Shown: positions 46,576 through 61,942, counted from the first letter of the stretch. The stretch: DNA of 64,000 bases from Chrysomallon squamiferum (GCA_012295275.1 CM022672.1:4402001-4466000), one strand, 5' to 3'. The notes: a model not told the origin generated them from the letters alone. Program-made: numbers and translations.

Positions 46576-47613
46576 ATCTCGTGCCATTTTGTCTCTGTCT
46601 GTCTGTTTTGATGGTGACCTATATTTTAAGTGTTTTTCAGAGGGGATTAATCTGATTTATAAATGTACAGAATGTTTTTTTTTTTTTTTTTTTTTTTTTG
46701 TTTTGTTACTTTTGTTTGTTCTTTTTTTTAAAAAAAAAAAGGGGAACCAGATTTGACATTAATTTTTGTAACATGAAAATTTAAAAAGAACACAGTCTGA
46801 TATATAAAATCTTGTGTAAGAAGAAAATTTTGGAAAAATGCACATATATTTATATATATATAAAACAATATTTGTGTTTGGTAATTACTAGAAGAGATGA
46901 ATTGCTGACTAATTATTATAAAATTACAATCAACAAAATAATTTTCATTTATTTATTATAATTATTATTATTATTGTTACATTTTTAAGTGAGTAAAAAA
47001 GGAAGTTACTATACTTATTTTCAAATCAAGTGAAGCATTTTTGAAAAAGAAATATCACATTAAAACACCAGTGGTTTTATGTTATGCACATATACCAAAG
47101 TAAACCAGTTGCTGGTGCAGAATATTTTTGCTATATTTAAAAATGCATATTACAGAGACATTCAGAAATTATTATGCCAAATTTAAGGCCTTTTTCAAAT
47201 GTTATTATTTTTATTTAATCTTTTTTACAAGTCTGTTTTTTCATACTGGTGAAAAGTATATTGTAGTCATTGTTAATAAAAAAAATAAAAATAAATAAAA
47301 AAAAGAAAGAAATATAGTTGTTTAACAAACAAAAAAATAAAAAATGAAGTTGGTGTTTAAAAAACCTCTGCTTTAAAACATGATCACATTTAAAAAAAAA
47401 AATTTAAAATTATTTATTAGAATGCACATGAGGCTCCCAAAGACACATTTCTGTTGTTTAATTGTATGATGTATATTTGTTTCAAACCATGATTCTTAAA
47501 TTATTAATTACATTGCTACATTCCATTTTACACAAATGTATGACGGGAAATTTGAATAGCATGTTTACAGAGACAGAGATACCTGCAGACACATGGTAAG
47601 CACACAAAAAAAC

Positions 47614-47645
<32 letters not shown>

Positions 47646-49495
47646 CTGAGACTGACTGCCTGACCAAATGACCACATTTCAGTATTAAAAACCAATTCTT
47701 GTTAATAAATGAAAAACAAGCTTATAATTTACTCACAATTATAAAATTCATGCATGTATCTGTGAAGATACACAAATAAATCTAATAACAGCGATACAAC
47801 AGTGAAATACAAAACAGTGCAGTATCACTACTTTATGCAGTAAATTGTATTTACTCATAGTAGCATTATCTGCCTTTGAGTAAGTTGCATATGATATATT
47901 CTGTGGATGAATACATTCCTCTGTGTACTTAGGTGATTGTCATGTTAAGAAAATGGGTGATTGTCACATCCTAGGTAACTGATGCATACCTCAGGCAGTC
48001 AGAATAATTTGTTGTGACTTACTGTAAGATATTTTTAAAAATTCAGCTGAGAACAAAAATAAACAGGTGTTAAAAATTCAAAATACAAATAAGAGAAAAT
48101 TGGTTTATGACTATTTTATTTTATTTTATTTTATTTATTTATTTATTTCTGTTATTTTGTTATATTATTATTTATTGTTTTTAATTAATAATTTATATTC
48201 ATAAAAATCATGATTTGAAGATCAACAGAATTACAACCACTTTAATATGAATGTCTCTGTGTCACTTATGATAGCCATGTTTTAGTTGAGCTGCATTTTT
48301 GTTAGTGCATAATCTAAGGAAGCAATCAAATGTACAAAACAGTTTCCACGAACTGCAGTATAATATACAATCACATTTCTGTATATCACATTCAGTATTG
48401 TAGTTTTCTTTCACTAAATTTGTTTGATTTAGTTTTGCTATAACATTATGCGTAAATCATGGATGTCATAATAATTACAACATTTTTAATGATTGTGTAT
48501 AAAATTAACTGTTAATATTTAATTTACCATATTTCCATTTTATTATATAATCACATCTGAATTATTTTCATTTCCATTTGACATACATCAGGATAGGATT
48601 AGCAGAAACTAAAACATTTTAAAATCGAGATAATTTGTTAAATATTTAGTACGAAATTCTGCTGAGCATGACAAACATTTTTTTCTTTCTTTCTTTACAA
48701 TTATTCTATTTATTTAACATTTATTATTATTTTATTTTATTTTTTTTTTTATTTATTTATTTTTTTTTTTTTTTTTTTTTTTTGGTCATCAGTGTTCATT
48801 GTTACATGTCTATTGTTAATGATTTGATTACCAACATGTCTTTCAAATTAATGGAAAACACTCTTATAATGATCATACCCCACTGAATTGCTCATGTTGT
48901 AAATATACTGTAATCTCATCTACATCAGATGTTCCCATTGCTTATAATAGTGTGTAAGATGTACCTGCTACATGCATCCTACTTGCATGCATCAAGGACG
49001 GCTTATTTTATGCTTTTTTTTTCTTTTTTATTATTATTATTATTATTTTTAATATTTGGTTATTTAGATATTCTGAAAATGCCCCATAATTACAAGATTT
49101 GGATTGATGCAAGCCTTATTGTTTTATGATGATAAATTAATAATAATAATAAACAAAAAATAATAATTACAATCTAACATGTTGGTACATTGATGACAAT
49201 TCATTTCACATTTGATGAGCTTTAAATGAATTATCTGCAACTTATTGTGTAGACTTGTTAAACTAAAAAAATGATACAGAAATTATTGGATAAAGTGTAA
49301 AAAAAAAAAAAAAATTGTATTAATAAGTGGATGAAATGATAGTCCCCAGCTTTAAGTACGAATGATGGAATATACACACTGAATAAAGGCTGAATAAAGG
49401 CTGCTTTGTACTGCAGCTGAATGTTGGGTTGTGGAGTGTTTTTTTTGTTATTTTTTTTAATACATGATAAACCAGTATTTGATTAAAAAAAAAAG

Positions 49496-49526
<31 letters not shown>

Positions 49527-52155
49527 ATGGTGGGGTGAAAAAATAATAATAAAAATTAGAATGTGTCATGCTTTTATTATAAAGAATTGCTGAGAATAAC
49601 AAATTTATCTTACATGACAAATCATTATTCATCAGAAGTGTTACGGTTGTGAATGGAAATGTAAGGTGAAAATTATTTCACTTATTATTTTATGGTGGAT
49701 GATGTTATACATTTATTTATTTCTTTCTTTTGTTTACAAAAATACTTGTTGCTCTAAACGTTACCAACCTTTGCTTTTGTCATGATATATAATTTGTTTC
49801 ATTAACTGGAAATAATAAGTATTTCGTTTTTTTATTTATTTATCTTTTCGCTTCTCTTCTTTTTTTTTTTTTTTTTTTTTACCAAATCAGCACAATTTCA
49901 TTTACTTTGATTGTTTAGTCTTTTGACAGTTTCACGGGCTGATGCTGCAATATCTACATTTTTTTTTACTAAATAAGTTCTGATAGTTGTAATTTCCAGA
50001 GTGCCAGCTGTAGATTTTATCCTGGAAAAATTTTGTTGGTCCTAAAGTCCAGCATTCTTCATTTTCTTCATATTAAAATATTTTTTATTTAGCTGGAAAT
50101 AAATGGTAGAACATTTTTTATTTTATTTTATTTTTTTTTATTTTATTAAAATGATTAATTGTTGATTAGTATAAAAAAAAAAAAAAATTATGTAACAATC
50201 TAGTCATAGCTTCATTTTTTTAATAAAATACAGAGGTTTACTGCTATTAATTAATTGCACAGAATATTCATTATTGTAGTGTTGAATGTTTATATATTTT
50301 GTCTTCACTTAATAGCAAAGTGGCAACACAAAGTAAAATGTATGATTAGAAAATAAGCGTTTTTCTTGAATAAAGTAACTGAATATTTATTTTCAAAATT
50401 ATTCTGAAAGTTAATTAAGATCATTTAAAGCAGGTTAAACTTTTGTGAGTTTTTATTTTATTTTACTTATTATTATTATTAAAAAAATTTTTTATTCTTA
50501 TTAATTTGGTTTATTTCATACTGATCAAATATGATGCTGTTTTTTTTGTTTTTTTTTTTTTCCTTGAATTTAAAAAATAAAATGCCTATCTGTTATTAAA
50601 TGTCCTACATGGCCATAAAATTCCATTTGCTAAATATAGGCTGATTATAAATATTTAAATCACTAACCATTATTATTATTTTTTTTTTAAATACATATAT
50701 ATATATTAATATACCTTCAAGATTAATTGATGAATGTAACTGCTTTTTATAATGAGTCCCTGAAACTATAAAAATATGTTTTACCCTGTTGATTTGCATT
50801 TGTAACTATATATTAAGTTTAGTATGTTTATCCACTGATGTGAAAGAAGTGATATCATTAATGAACTGTGATTACTTTCTCAGAACTGATGATTCAGGTA
50901 TACATTTGTTTTTATACCAACAAATGGAGAAAACCTTTTTCAACTTGAGTTTAGTCCTTTCAGGAAGTAATTAAATTATTCCCCTTGATATGTTAACTAG
51001 AATCAACTCCCTTGATGACAGATAACATCATATTATTAATCTGGTAATTAAGTGAATTTTTTTTTTATGTGGAATCATGTTTTGTAAATACCTTTGTGAA
51101 AATTCGAAATATTTTGATGAAAATTAATAATGAAAACTGTAATGCAATTTGATTTTCAGTAAAATTCAAATTTATCTGAATTAGTTCATGAATTAAAGAC
51201 CAAATATAAAACCCTTAATTTCAGATTTTTGTTTATTAATTTTACAAAATTAATAAAAAAAAAAAAAAAAAAAGAAAAAATAAATATAATTAAAACAATA
51301 AAATAAATGATAATAAAAATAAGAAAATAAATAATAAATTTAATGGAAAAATGGTGTATTTTCATTGAACGATCAAATGCCAGAATTAAGCAACTGAAGG
51401 TAGATATTTTTTCTGTTGATAGTGTTATCATTGAACAAAACAGTTTTAACATGGTACTGCAGAATCTAATAGAAAACATGCTTAGATTTTGGTGTTTAAA
51501 TTTCTTGCATTACTATAGAAACAAACATAAGAAGAAGTATTTAGTTAACAGTTGCAAGAAAAACACCCAAAATCTTATATTTTTTGTTTAATTTTCTAAG
51601 TAACTTGATTTTGATGTTAAGTTCTTCATGTAGCTTAGTTTTGTGTGTTATGTTTATCATGTTTTGTCAAGAGATGTCCATTATATTTTTACTGAAAACA
51701 ACATTTTGGGGCATGATTGTGAAAATTTACATGACAAATATTTTATTTCATATGAAAATAAAATGTCTTCCTAAGGAAATAATATTGACTTGGTATTTTG
51801 GCAACATTTTTGTCCATTCCTCACAATATCTAATGACTGCTTTATCCAAACTAAATATACATGTTTCTTTATACTGTATATGGGAAATTAATTTCTTGTT
51901 TACCATACTTTATGACAATTGTTGGTACAATGCCTGGATATAATCTACTTCTGTTATAATTCAGTTTTTTTTGTTGTTGTCTGGTTTGGTGCTGTGTTGC
52001 AGATGAAGAAAAAAGTTATGTAAAAAGTATAACAACAAAAAAAAAAAATAAAATAATAATTCTAGTGAAGAATAAACTCAACACAATGGATTAAAATTAA
52101 TTTATTATCACAAATTTTAAATAATATAAGCATTGTTAGTAAGTAATCAACATAG

Positions 52156-52189
<34 letters not shown>

Positions 52190-54075
52190 CTGAAAATGGA
52201 TAAAAATAAATAAAATTTAGTAAGCAAATAATACAAAATCTGATGAAGCTGGCTGACTCCTGTTCTAAAGTTCTGAGAAAACAGCAGTTAAAAATAAATA
52301 ATAAAAGATACTTATGAAATATTGACTAATAAATTAAAATAAAATATTTATTATAATTAATAAATACATATAAAATAAATAAATAAAATAAATGTTTATT
52401 ACCATTTATTAGATAAACGCATGTTAAAAGAAAAGAAAAATTATATCAAAATCTATGCTGAACATATAGTCTACAATAAATAAAAAAGAAATGTTTATTG
52501 TTATGTATATAAGAATATATATCAAAATGTAGTTTAATATAATTTACAAAAATAAATAAAATTTATATCAAAAAGTATACTAAATATATTTGTGAGAAAA
52601 AAATAAAAAATAAAGAAAAGGAATATATATTAATATAAAAAAGTGTATGCTTAATATAATTTACAAGAAAATATAAATATATATTAAAATAATAGTAATA
52701 ACTATAATAAATAAATGTTAAAATTTTAAGAATCCTGTTTTTCTTTAATATTAAATATTTAAAATAAAAATGTATAAAAATGTATTACTTAATTAAATAA
52801 AAATATATGTAAAAGCATGTATAATTAAAACATTGCACCAAGATAAATAAAAAGACAAAAGTATACACTAACATTTGCTTGAAGTTGATTTACTTCAGCT
52901 AAAACCTTTTTTGTTAATATCTTTTTCTCAAAATATTCATTAACAGAATAAGAAATATCAAACTAAAGGAAAAGAATAGATTTAAAAAAAAAAAGGTTTT
53001 AGTTGGTTTTAGATAAAAAACATAAAATGTTAAGAATAAAAAAAAAAAAAAAAAAGTCATATAAGCTTTTAAAAACTATTTTGAGTGATAACAAAATGCA
53101 TAATAAAATATAAAAACTTGCTGTGTACAATACTTTAAATCTTTTAAAAATAACAAAGAAAAATATCTGTTTATTAATCCATGTAAATCACAATGATATT
53201 CAAATGTTCACATTGAAAATATTTTGAGTGTTTTTATGGTAAATAAAATCAAAAATGTAGAACACAGTGTTAATATAATGCACATCAATAATTAAATAAA
53301 TAAATAAAAACAGTTTCATTCTTATTAAATAATAACTACAAACATTAAAAAAATATTGAAAAAACCCTCCATCTATTTTAAATGTCTCCAAACCAATTGG
53401 AAATGAAAAAACAACACGCAAAAATAACATCAAACCCTTTTTGTCAGTATAAAGCAGTTAGCAGTTGCAGAAGCAAAAATGTGTAAAAGACTGAGGCTCC
53501 GTTTATTGGCACTGCCTACGTACAATAGTATAAAAAATTCATCCTATCCATCTCTCATCATGTGACATAACTTTATCAATATAAATAATGATTAGGACAA
53601 AACCACAACTCATAATAATAATAATAATAATAATATTGAACTGCTTAAAAAAAAAAATAAAAAATAAAAAAAAAAAAATAAAGTAAAGAAAAGAACCATG
53701 AAATGCAGTTCAAATTAGTTGCATCAATCTTATGAAAAAGTAGACCATTTTTTCCTGATACAGTTTTCGTTAGTATTCAAACAATAATATTAAAAATTAA
53801 AAAATAAAGTAACGAACAATTACACCCAAAAATTATCTGGTTTTTTTTTTCAAATGAATATATACAAAACCATTGCAAATATCAGTGTTATAAAAGTTAG
53901 TGAAAAAGAAAACTCCCTTAATTATATTCTTTATTGAACATTTCTCAGCCCACTACAAACACAAACCCTAGCTGTCTCTACCTGGAAACACCTGGTAATC
54001 ATATTCAACTCTGAATCTGAATGTTTAGTTGATATACATGAACATTAGATAAATCTCATTCTTTATTAGACACTT

Positions 54076-54107
<32 letters not shown>

Positions 54108-54362
54108 TAATAAAAAGGGGCCATGAGCAAGACTAAAAAACCATCTTAGCAGCCATCTTGTAAATCTGATAATAAAATATATGTCATTAATTTACACACA
54201 CACACACACACACACTCACACACAGAGAATACAATTTACAAAACAGTAAATTTAAAAATTAAAAAAACTTTCATTAATATAAATAAACTGAACTTGCAAA
54301 ATGGAAATATTTCCTACCCAAATGTTGTTGTTTGTGTTGTTGTTGTTGTTGTTGGGCACACA

Positions 54363-57300
54363 TCAGTAAAATGTTATTGATTTCCTAAAGTTTTTAGTGG
54401 AGACATCATCTTCCAAGCACGAGTGTTTGGGGCCTCCATGCAGTCCTGTCAGTTTCTTCTTCGTTATGACAGGAGGAAGTTCTTCTTTTTCTTTTTCTCT
54501 TCGCTTAAATTGCTTGTTGTAAGCTGCCATGTATGTGGTGGTGAAGTTTCTGTAGAAGTTCAGGCCCAGTGAAGTTGTTTCAAAAAATGGACGGAATGGC
54601 TTGGCTGGTGCCGTTGCTTCACCTTTAGCAAGAACACGAACAACAACAAAATAATAATAAAATAAAATGAAATATAACAAAAATGAAATATAAAAAAAAT
54701 AAATAAGTAAATAAATAAATTTAAAAAAATGAAATAAAAAAAAATAAAATCAAAAAAATAAATAAATATAAATAAAATAAAATAAATATATATATGAAAA
54801 TAAAAAAATGTACAAAGAAATAATTAAAAAAAAATGAAAAAAAAAAAAAAAAAAATAAATGAAAAATAAAATCAATCAGTAAATAAATAATGGAATTAAA
54901 ATTTGTTAGACTATTATAATAATGCTTGTTAATACAAAATAAAGAATTCTTAGTTAGTTATTTATGCATAACCACATTCAAGGAATAAAATAAGAAACAA
55001 GGAAAGGAGGAACAAAAGGAAATGAATGCTTTGAACTTCTCTAATAATAATCCTTATCAAACGAAACACCTATGAAATCACATCTATATTTCAAAATTTA
55101 AGGAATAAAAATAAGATAAAATGAAAACAAAAAAGCAAGACCAATGTGGATAGGAAAAAAATAACAATAAAAAGAAAGAAACAAAGAAAAAAGTAGAAAG
55201 GAAGAAGGAAAAAAAGAAAGAAAAAAAAAAAAAAGTTTATTATGTCTCCAAGGAACACAGTAATAATAATCACTAGTATTATTAACAATCACTATGAATA
55301 AAACTGCATGTTTTTCTCTGTATGTCCATACCTAAGCAACAAAAAGAAAACTGTAAGAAAGAGACTGCTTGCTGCAGCTGTGATAGATACAAACATACCT
55401 GTGTAGTCACTTCTGTAGATTGTGTCAGGCATTGGGACACTAGCCTCTTTCTCCGAGGCCAGGCTGGAGTAACCCTCAGAGCTGGACTGCTCTTTGGATG
55501 ACAGTCTTTCAGTGGCCGAACTCGACAGACGGATGTCTGCTTGAACATTCCTCGGGCGACACAGCTGCGAATGTGAGCTTGAGCGATTCATCTATTTAGT
55601 TGATCAAAATTAAAATTTACCATTATGATAAGATTAGTAATAAATAATTAACGAAAAAATGAATATATCCTGGGACTAACAGCTTACTCTTTTAAGCTAA
55701 CAGCTTTATCTAACAAAGGTTAAGAATGCTGGTTTACAGTGAAATTATCATTATGCTGATGACCTCAGCAGGACACAACTAATATCTTAACACAGTTATT
55801 ATTATTTAAAAAAAAAAAAAAAAAAATGAAATTAGCTGTTCTGTTTCACTTCATGTTGTTCTCCAGATTATTAGATTCATACTTACTTATTTACTTGTTA
55901 CCTCAAAAAGCAGCTATACATCAAAACAAGGCAGTTCTTAACAACAGTTTATTATTTTTATTTGTTTTTAAATTAAAACCATTTTCAAAATCGTCTTTTA
56001 AAACGTAGACCAATTAAATGTGTGTGTGTGTGTGTGTGTGTGTTAAATAGTTATTAATTTTAATCGGTATATATTTGTGAAGTTGTTAAATATTTATTCA
56101 TTTATTTATGTCAAGCATTTCTGGTATGTACTGATTTCCGATACTTAACTTACTGGTTTCCGATATTTTATTTCGATTTCCGATACTGATCTAATCAATA
56201 ATTCAATCAGATATTAAAACAAACAAAATAATCGTTAAGAACATTTTACGAGTCTTTATAGATCGAGTATATACTGAACTATGTATTACTGAGCAATAAC
56301 CAAAACTCACTCCGTATTTTGCCCAATCCGGTTCTTTAAACAGGTAGCTGCCAGGTACCTCCATGGGTGGTTTGTAGGCCTTTACGGTACACTTTATAGG
56401 CTCGCATATCGCTTCCGTTTTCTTAATGGGTTTTTCCTTTTCTTTACTCTTTGCTGCTTTGTAAGAACTCACAATGCAGTCCAGAACTTTAGACTCCAGC
56501 AGACGTTTTTTATTTTCTTTAGCTGTTGTAATCCATGTATAGAAATAAATATACTAAAATGTTAATTTTATGGTTATTGTTGTCGTTTTACTACCTATAT
56601 AAAGACGGTGCACTGACATTGTTACTCTATGAACGAAAAATAACCTAGTCAACACGTCAAATAACACTGTACATACAAATCTTCTTAAAATAATACATTA
56701 AAATCGGTTGTAACTTGCCCGCTACTAACTACAGTGCTATATTAAAAATGTATATTATATAATATTAATTTATTTATAAAAAATTTCACATCTTTAGCCT
56801 CCTAAATGAACGAAGACTGTCAGGATATAAAAATGCGTGTGTGCGTTCGTCTGAGAGAGCGTGTGCGCGAGTGTTTTGTATTTCGCTAAATTTACTTGCT
56901 GAAAGTTGGAATGAGCTAGGTGTACCCGAAATGCATCTTTCTAATACTTTAAGGCACAAAACTATTTCTTTAAAGTTATTAATTACAAGAATCAATTAAC
57001 ATAAATCACGAACATTAATTCTAATAACGATGCATAACAAAGATTTACTGTCACCATTAATGAGTAAATTCTCTGGCAAAGTTGGTATATTTATTAGTTA
57101 ACCTCCTCTTTAAAATGTGTTTTCTATTTTAAATTTGACTTGATGAGAATGAAAGACAATTGGAATTCTTCGTGGGACTTGTCACGTTCTTATTATATAA
57201 AATAAGTATTGTATTCTGATAGCAATATTTTACAGTGTTTTCTGTCTGGTTTGATGCGGTCTTGTACATTTTAACCACTTCTGCATCTTTTGTAATGCAT

Positions 57301-57672
57301 TATGAAGGAGAATACTTTCTGCCATTCTGCATATTTATTTATTTATTTATTTATTTATTTTGTTTTATTTTATTTTTTATTTAACTTTCTATATTTATTT
57401 ATTTTACTTTATTAATTATTATTATTATTTCAATTTATTTATTTTAGTATTTAACAAATTAATTAATTTTACCTTTTTTGGATTTTGTGTGTTTCACCTC
57501 ATCCATACATATATTGTTCATGTAATAATAATCTTTCTGAAAACAGAAATGTGTTGTCCTCATATAAAAACTTACAAGCAAATGAATAAACAAACAATGC
57601 ATTTTTTCAATGAATACATCACTGACTGACTGAATGAATGAATGAATAAAACAGACTTGATTACTAATTCGA

Positions 57673-57715
<43 letters not shown>

Positions 57716-59029
57716 TTTACTACTAATATTATTACGATTATTGTTACTACTATTACTGCTGATGCTACTGCTACTACTACTACTATTATTATTACTACTA
57801 CTACTACTACTCCTACTACTGCTACTCCTACTACTACTACTACTACTACTACTATTATTATTATTACTACTACTACTACTACTACTACTACTGCTACTCC
57901 TACTGTCCTTGTTACTATTATTACCATTATTCTACTACTGCTATTTCTATTCCTAACACTACTGCTGTTATTGTTGTTGTTGGTTTTGTAATTTTTTTAT
58001 TGGTGGTGATATAACGTACCAGTTTTCTAGCTTTAGGTCCATAGTAAGGCTCTGCTTTTCTGGTGAAGTGCGGAGGTTTACAGTTCTTTCCTCGGCAAAG
58101 TTTGGCAATCTCCGGACTATAACCCTGATACGCTTCCCTGTACATAGGAACTTTCTCCATTGGGATAGTGGGGGGTGTATAAGTCATAAACGGTCTGCAA
58201 GACTTGGCCGGGTATTTTTGTATCTTTAAAGTAAGTAAACAAGATAGACTAATGTCCATTCAGATAATAAAATAAAATAAAATATATTGATGAAATATAT
58301 ATATATATATACACGTATGCACACATATGCATGCATATGCACAGAGAAAGAGAGAGAGAGATAGTGAGAAAGGAACAGACAGACGGAGAGAAGAGAGATA
58401 GAGAGAAAAAAAATCTATCCTTTGAAATGAATACTGATAAAAAATCTTGTGAATTATGAGACATCTCAGAACTCAAATTTAATATTTTTTAATAAGATAC
58501 ACAAGAATATTATTTTTATTATAAAAACAGCTACAGTTCAAACGATTACTTTACTATTTAATTTTAGTTAATTAATTAATTTACCTTTTTATATATCATA
58601 ATATTTTTCGGTCATTGGACTTATTTTTTTCATTTACCTTTTTGTCGTAAGCAGCATTGTAAGACGTTATTGCTCGCCCACAAATTGGAAGAGGTCCTAA
58701 ATAAACATACTGATCATCCGGCACTGGTTTTATAAGCTGATGAAACTAAAATTGTGAAGCAGACATGTTTTCACACAACTTCAGCGTATTTGTTTATTCA
58801 TTTGTAATCAGCTGTTTTGGGTTACTACATTATATCGAACGTTTGTTTGACTTAGTTTCAGTGAAAAAAGTATTTTATACCTTTTTGTCGTAAATAAATA
58901 AATAAATAAATAAATAAATACATTGTTAAACACACCTAAAAAATAATCTAACGACTGAATAATAAATAAATACATTCATCATAGTGTGTTTTAAACTAAG
59001 ACATAATTGTATGCAAATATTCACACACA

Positions 59030-59072
<43 letters not shown>

Positions 59073-59406
59073 TAACACACACACACACACACTCACACAC
59101 ACACACAGACACGTTGACATTAACAGAAAACTCATTCAAAAATAATACAAACAAACAAATTAAAACAAACAAACAAACAAACAAATAAACAAACAAACAA
59201 ACAAACAAACAAACAAATAAACAAACAAACAAACAAAGAAATAAATGAACCTCACGTTAGCAAACTGATCAACGCCATACTGCAAGCTTCCACCGACGTT
59301 CTGGCTCTTCTTGAAAGGTCTGCGAGGTACCGGAGCTCCTCGCCGCCCACAGTAGTTCTGTCAAACAACAACAACAACAAGGCGAGTAACATAACCAACC
59401 AACCAC

Positions 59407-59468
<62 letters not shown>

Positions 59469-60378
59469 AAGAAGAAGAAGAAGAAGAAGAATGAGAAGAA
59501 TGAGAAGAATAAGAATAATAAGAAGAAAGGACAGCCCCTCACGTGTGTTTTGTGTGTGTGTGTGTGTGCGTGTGTATAAATATAATAAAAAAATAACCCC
59601 TCACCTACAAAATATGTGTGCGCGCGCACGCACACGCACACGCGCACGCACACACATACATATGACCGGCTGTCCTTTCTTCATTACACAAACACATATG
59701 ATAAAAAGATAACCCCTCAATCACAAAATCTGTGTGTGTGTAAAAATATCAGAATATACTTACTACTATATATTCTGTTAGCAGTTCAGGTGTCTTCACT
59801 GCACTAAAAATAAATAAAATACAATGATATAATATAAATAAAAGAATATAAGACAATATAATAAATCAACAAAATAACAACGTGCAGTAATGTAACGTAA
59901 CATACTATACTGTACTATATTATACTAATACTATACTGTACTAACTATACTATGCTATATATTATACTATACTGTAAGTATGTAATTAAGTAAGTAAGTA
60001 AATAAACAAATAAATAAAAAATTTCATATAAAATGTTGTAGATACATACATACGTAGACACACTAACATGCAAAAACTCCAAATGCATGTACACACATGT
60101 ATACGAAAATTCACATACACGCGTACACATGTACACACATACACACATGAATATGTTTACGCACAAACATAGTTAAAATACAAAAACACATTACACACAC
60201 AAATATACATACATGCATACATAGGTTAAAAAACTCACACACACATACATATCTGCATATTCATGTATCTTTTATATTAAAAACAATTTGTTATAAGTTA
60301 TTTACAAATGCTTGCATCAGCTTACCCTTTGGTACACATTTCTGATGGATGTTAATGATATATCGTAATTAAAAATTC
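54363..60378 (-). CDS. Putative SAXO/FAM154-like (Mn-motif repeat) microtubule-stabilising or ciliary inner protein; start codon and one junction uncertain
   Basis: Minus-strand exons about 60378-60326, 59357-59256, 58745-58638, 58223-58020, 56553(or 56522)-56311, 55591-55399, 54622-54363 (stop). Repeated T/S-x-Y-x-x-[D/A/N]-Y...P-x-K/R-P/S-x-R-P motifs: NVYQRNYCG..PRRPFK, TSYNAAYDKK..PAKSCRP, PMYREAYQGY..KNCKP, TIYRSDYTG..PAKPFRP, TTTYMAAY. Confidence 0.6.
57672..57985. repeat. Compound (AAT)/(TAC) trinucleotide microsatellite region
   Basis: Direct inspection; source of the poly-L/V/I ORF artefacts. Confidence 0.9.
59020..59236. repeat. (CA)n followed by (AAAC)n microsatellites
   Basis: Direct inspection. 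Confidence 0.9.
59408..59490. repeat. (AAT)n(AAG)n compound microsatellite (same compound also at 20464-20537)
   Basis: Direct inspection. Confidence 0.9.
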
Positions 60379-60429
60379 TGACAAATCTTAGTGAAGACTC
60401 TTCCGATGATTTTATGAGTGTAACCAATG

Positions 60430-60970
60430 ACAATGACGTGACGTAATACAGTGATCAATTAGATGACGTCCCAGCAAACGAGACGTTTGTGTTTTTCTTA
60501 CTTTCTGATTTTTTAGTTTTGTTGTATGTTATCTCTACAACACACACACACACACACACACGTGTACACGCTCACATATATAAGTATGCATTTAAATTTG
60601 ATTTTCTCTCTTTCTTACTGTACGTTATTTATATCCGTTTTTGCTTTGGTGGGAAGACAAATTATTTTTATTTAATTGTCAAAATTATCTAAAGTTTTCT
60701 CAAAATATTTATTAAAATAACATTTACTATTGCAAGAAGAAAAATGTCGGTTGATTAAAAATTGGGAATGGGGCGTAGTCTAGGTGTGTCTTCTAGATCC
60801 GCGAGTATTTTTGTTCGCTAGTGTTTTATTTACTCGTCGTGGATGTTATCGTTGCTAAGAATCACGGAAGATATAATATTTCTTTAAAAAAATGATATGA
60901 CGTAATGATGAAATAGATTAGGAATTCATTAACTGACGTCAATACAACCGGAACACTTTCCATTTTCCGG
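60430..60970 (-). promoter_or_regulatory. Putative promoter of the minus-strand SAXO-like gene
   Basis: Full CRE TGACGTCA at 60934-60941, several TGACGT half sites (about 60434, 60439, 60464, 60898), CCGGAA sites near 60948-60970, and a GTTGCTAAG half X-box at 60851. Confidence 0.35.
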
Positions 60971-61010
60971 TTTAGTTTGCAAACAGCTCGTTATCTTCCT
61001 CCATCTCAAC

Positions 61011-61062
<52 letters not shown>

Positions 61063-61911
61063 CCTGTTGTTTCTTTACTTATATTTTTATTACTTCTGTA
61101 CTACTCAATCATCGATTCTGATTATAATTCTGCTATAACAACAATAACAAATATTACTACTGCTGCTATTATTAAAGTTATAACTACTACTGCTTTTAGT
61201 ACTAATATGATCACAAATATCATTACTGCTACTACTGTCACAATTTCTTCTACTTCTATTACTACTAAAAGTTATAACTTTTACCATCTATTCTTTACTG
61301 TACCATCTTACAAAAATAAAAATTGAAATAGGAATAAATAAATAAATACATGGAACACCCGGGCTACAGCCGAGAGGATTCGCCAGCTTGTAAACGGCCG
61401 ATGGCGTTGTTTCGTTGCAGTTCACTCAGTCGTGGCATTTGTTTGATGTTGGGGTCAGATCAAAGTGTTCGAAAACCTTGCATTTTTATAACCCTCGTGC
61501 CGCACGTGCACTGGTAACGTGGTTTGCATGCGGGGACGTTTTGGCTAATAAACACGATCATAGCCTTTTTTTGGCGACTTTAACAAAAGCTCTACGTTTG
61601 AATCACCAAATGTCATTATATTGATAGTTTGTACACCGATATGTCTCAGTTTACAATAGTTATCTAAGAAATCAACCATTTTGCGTTTCTTTTTTGGGAG
61701 AGTACCTTAGTTTGATGTAATTTGTGTATAAACACACATAAACACATACACATAGTGTAACCGCTTTACTTACTGGCAACATAATAACTTGATAAAATTT
61801 TACAAAGAAAGACAGAGTTAGAGAAGAAGAAGAAAGGAAAAGCGTGAAGAGAGAAAGAAAAATATTTGTTCGTAGTTAATATATATATATATGTGTATGT
61901 GTGTGTATATG

Positions 61912-61942
<31 letters not shown>

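Noticed and set aside
56120-56190. Three TTTCCGATA repeats
   Set aside because: Possibly transposon subterminal repeats, but no termini or TSD identified.
59252-59357. ORF-track frame RTTVGGEELRYLADLSRR as the coding frame of this exon (from ATG TGT ACC near 60339)
   Set aside because: That frame stops early in the next exon, whereas the NYCGRRGAP frame continues through all downstream exons.
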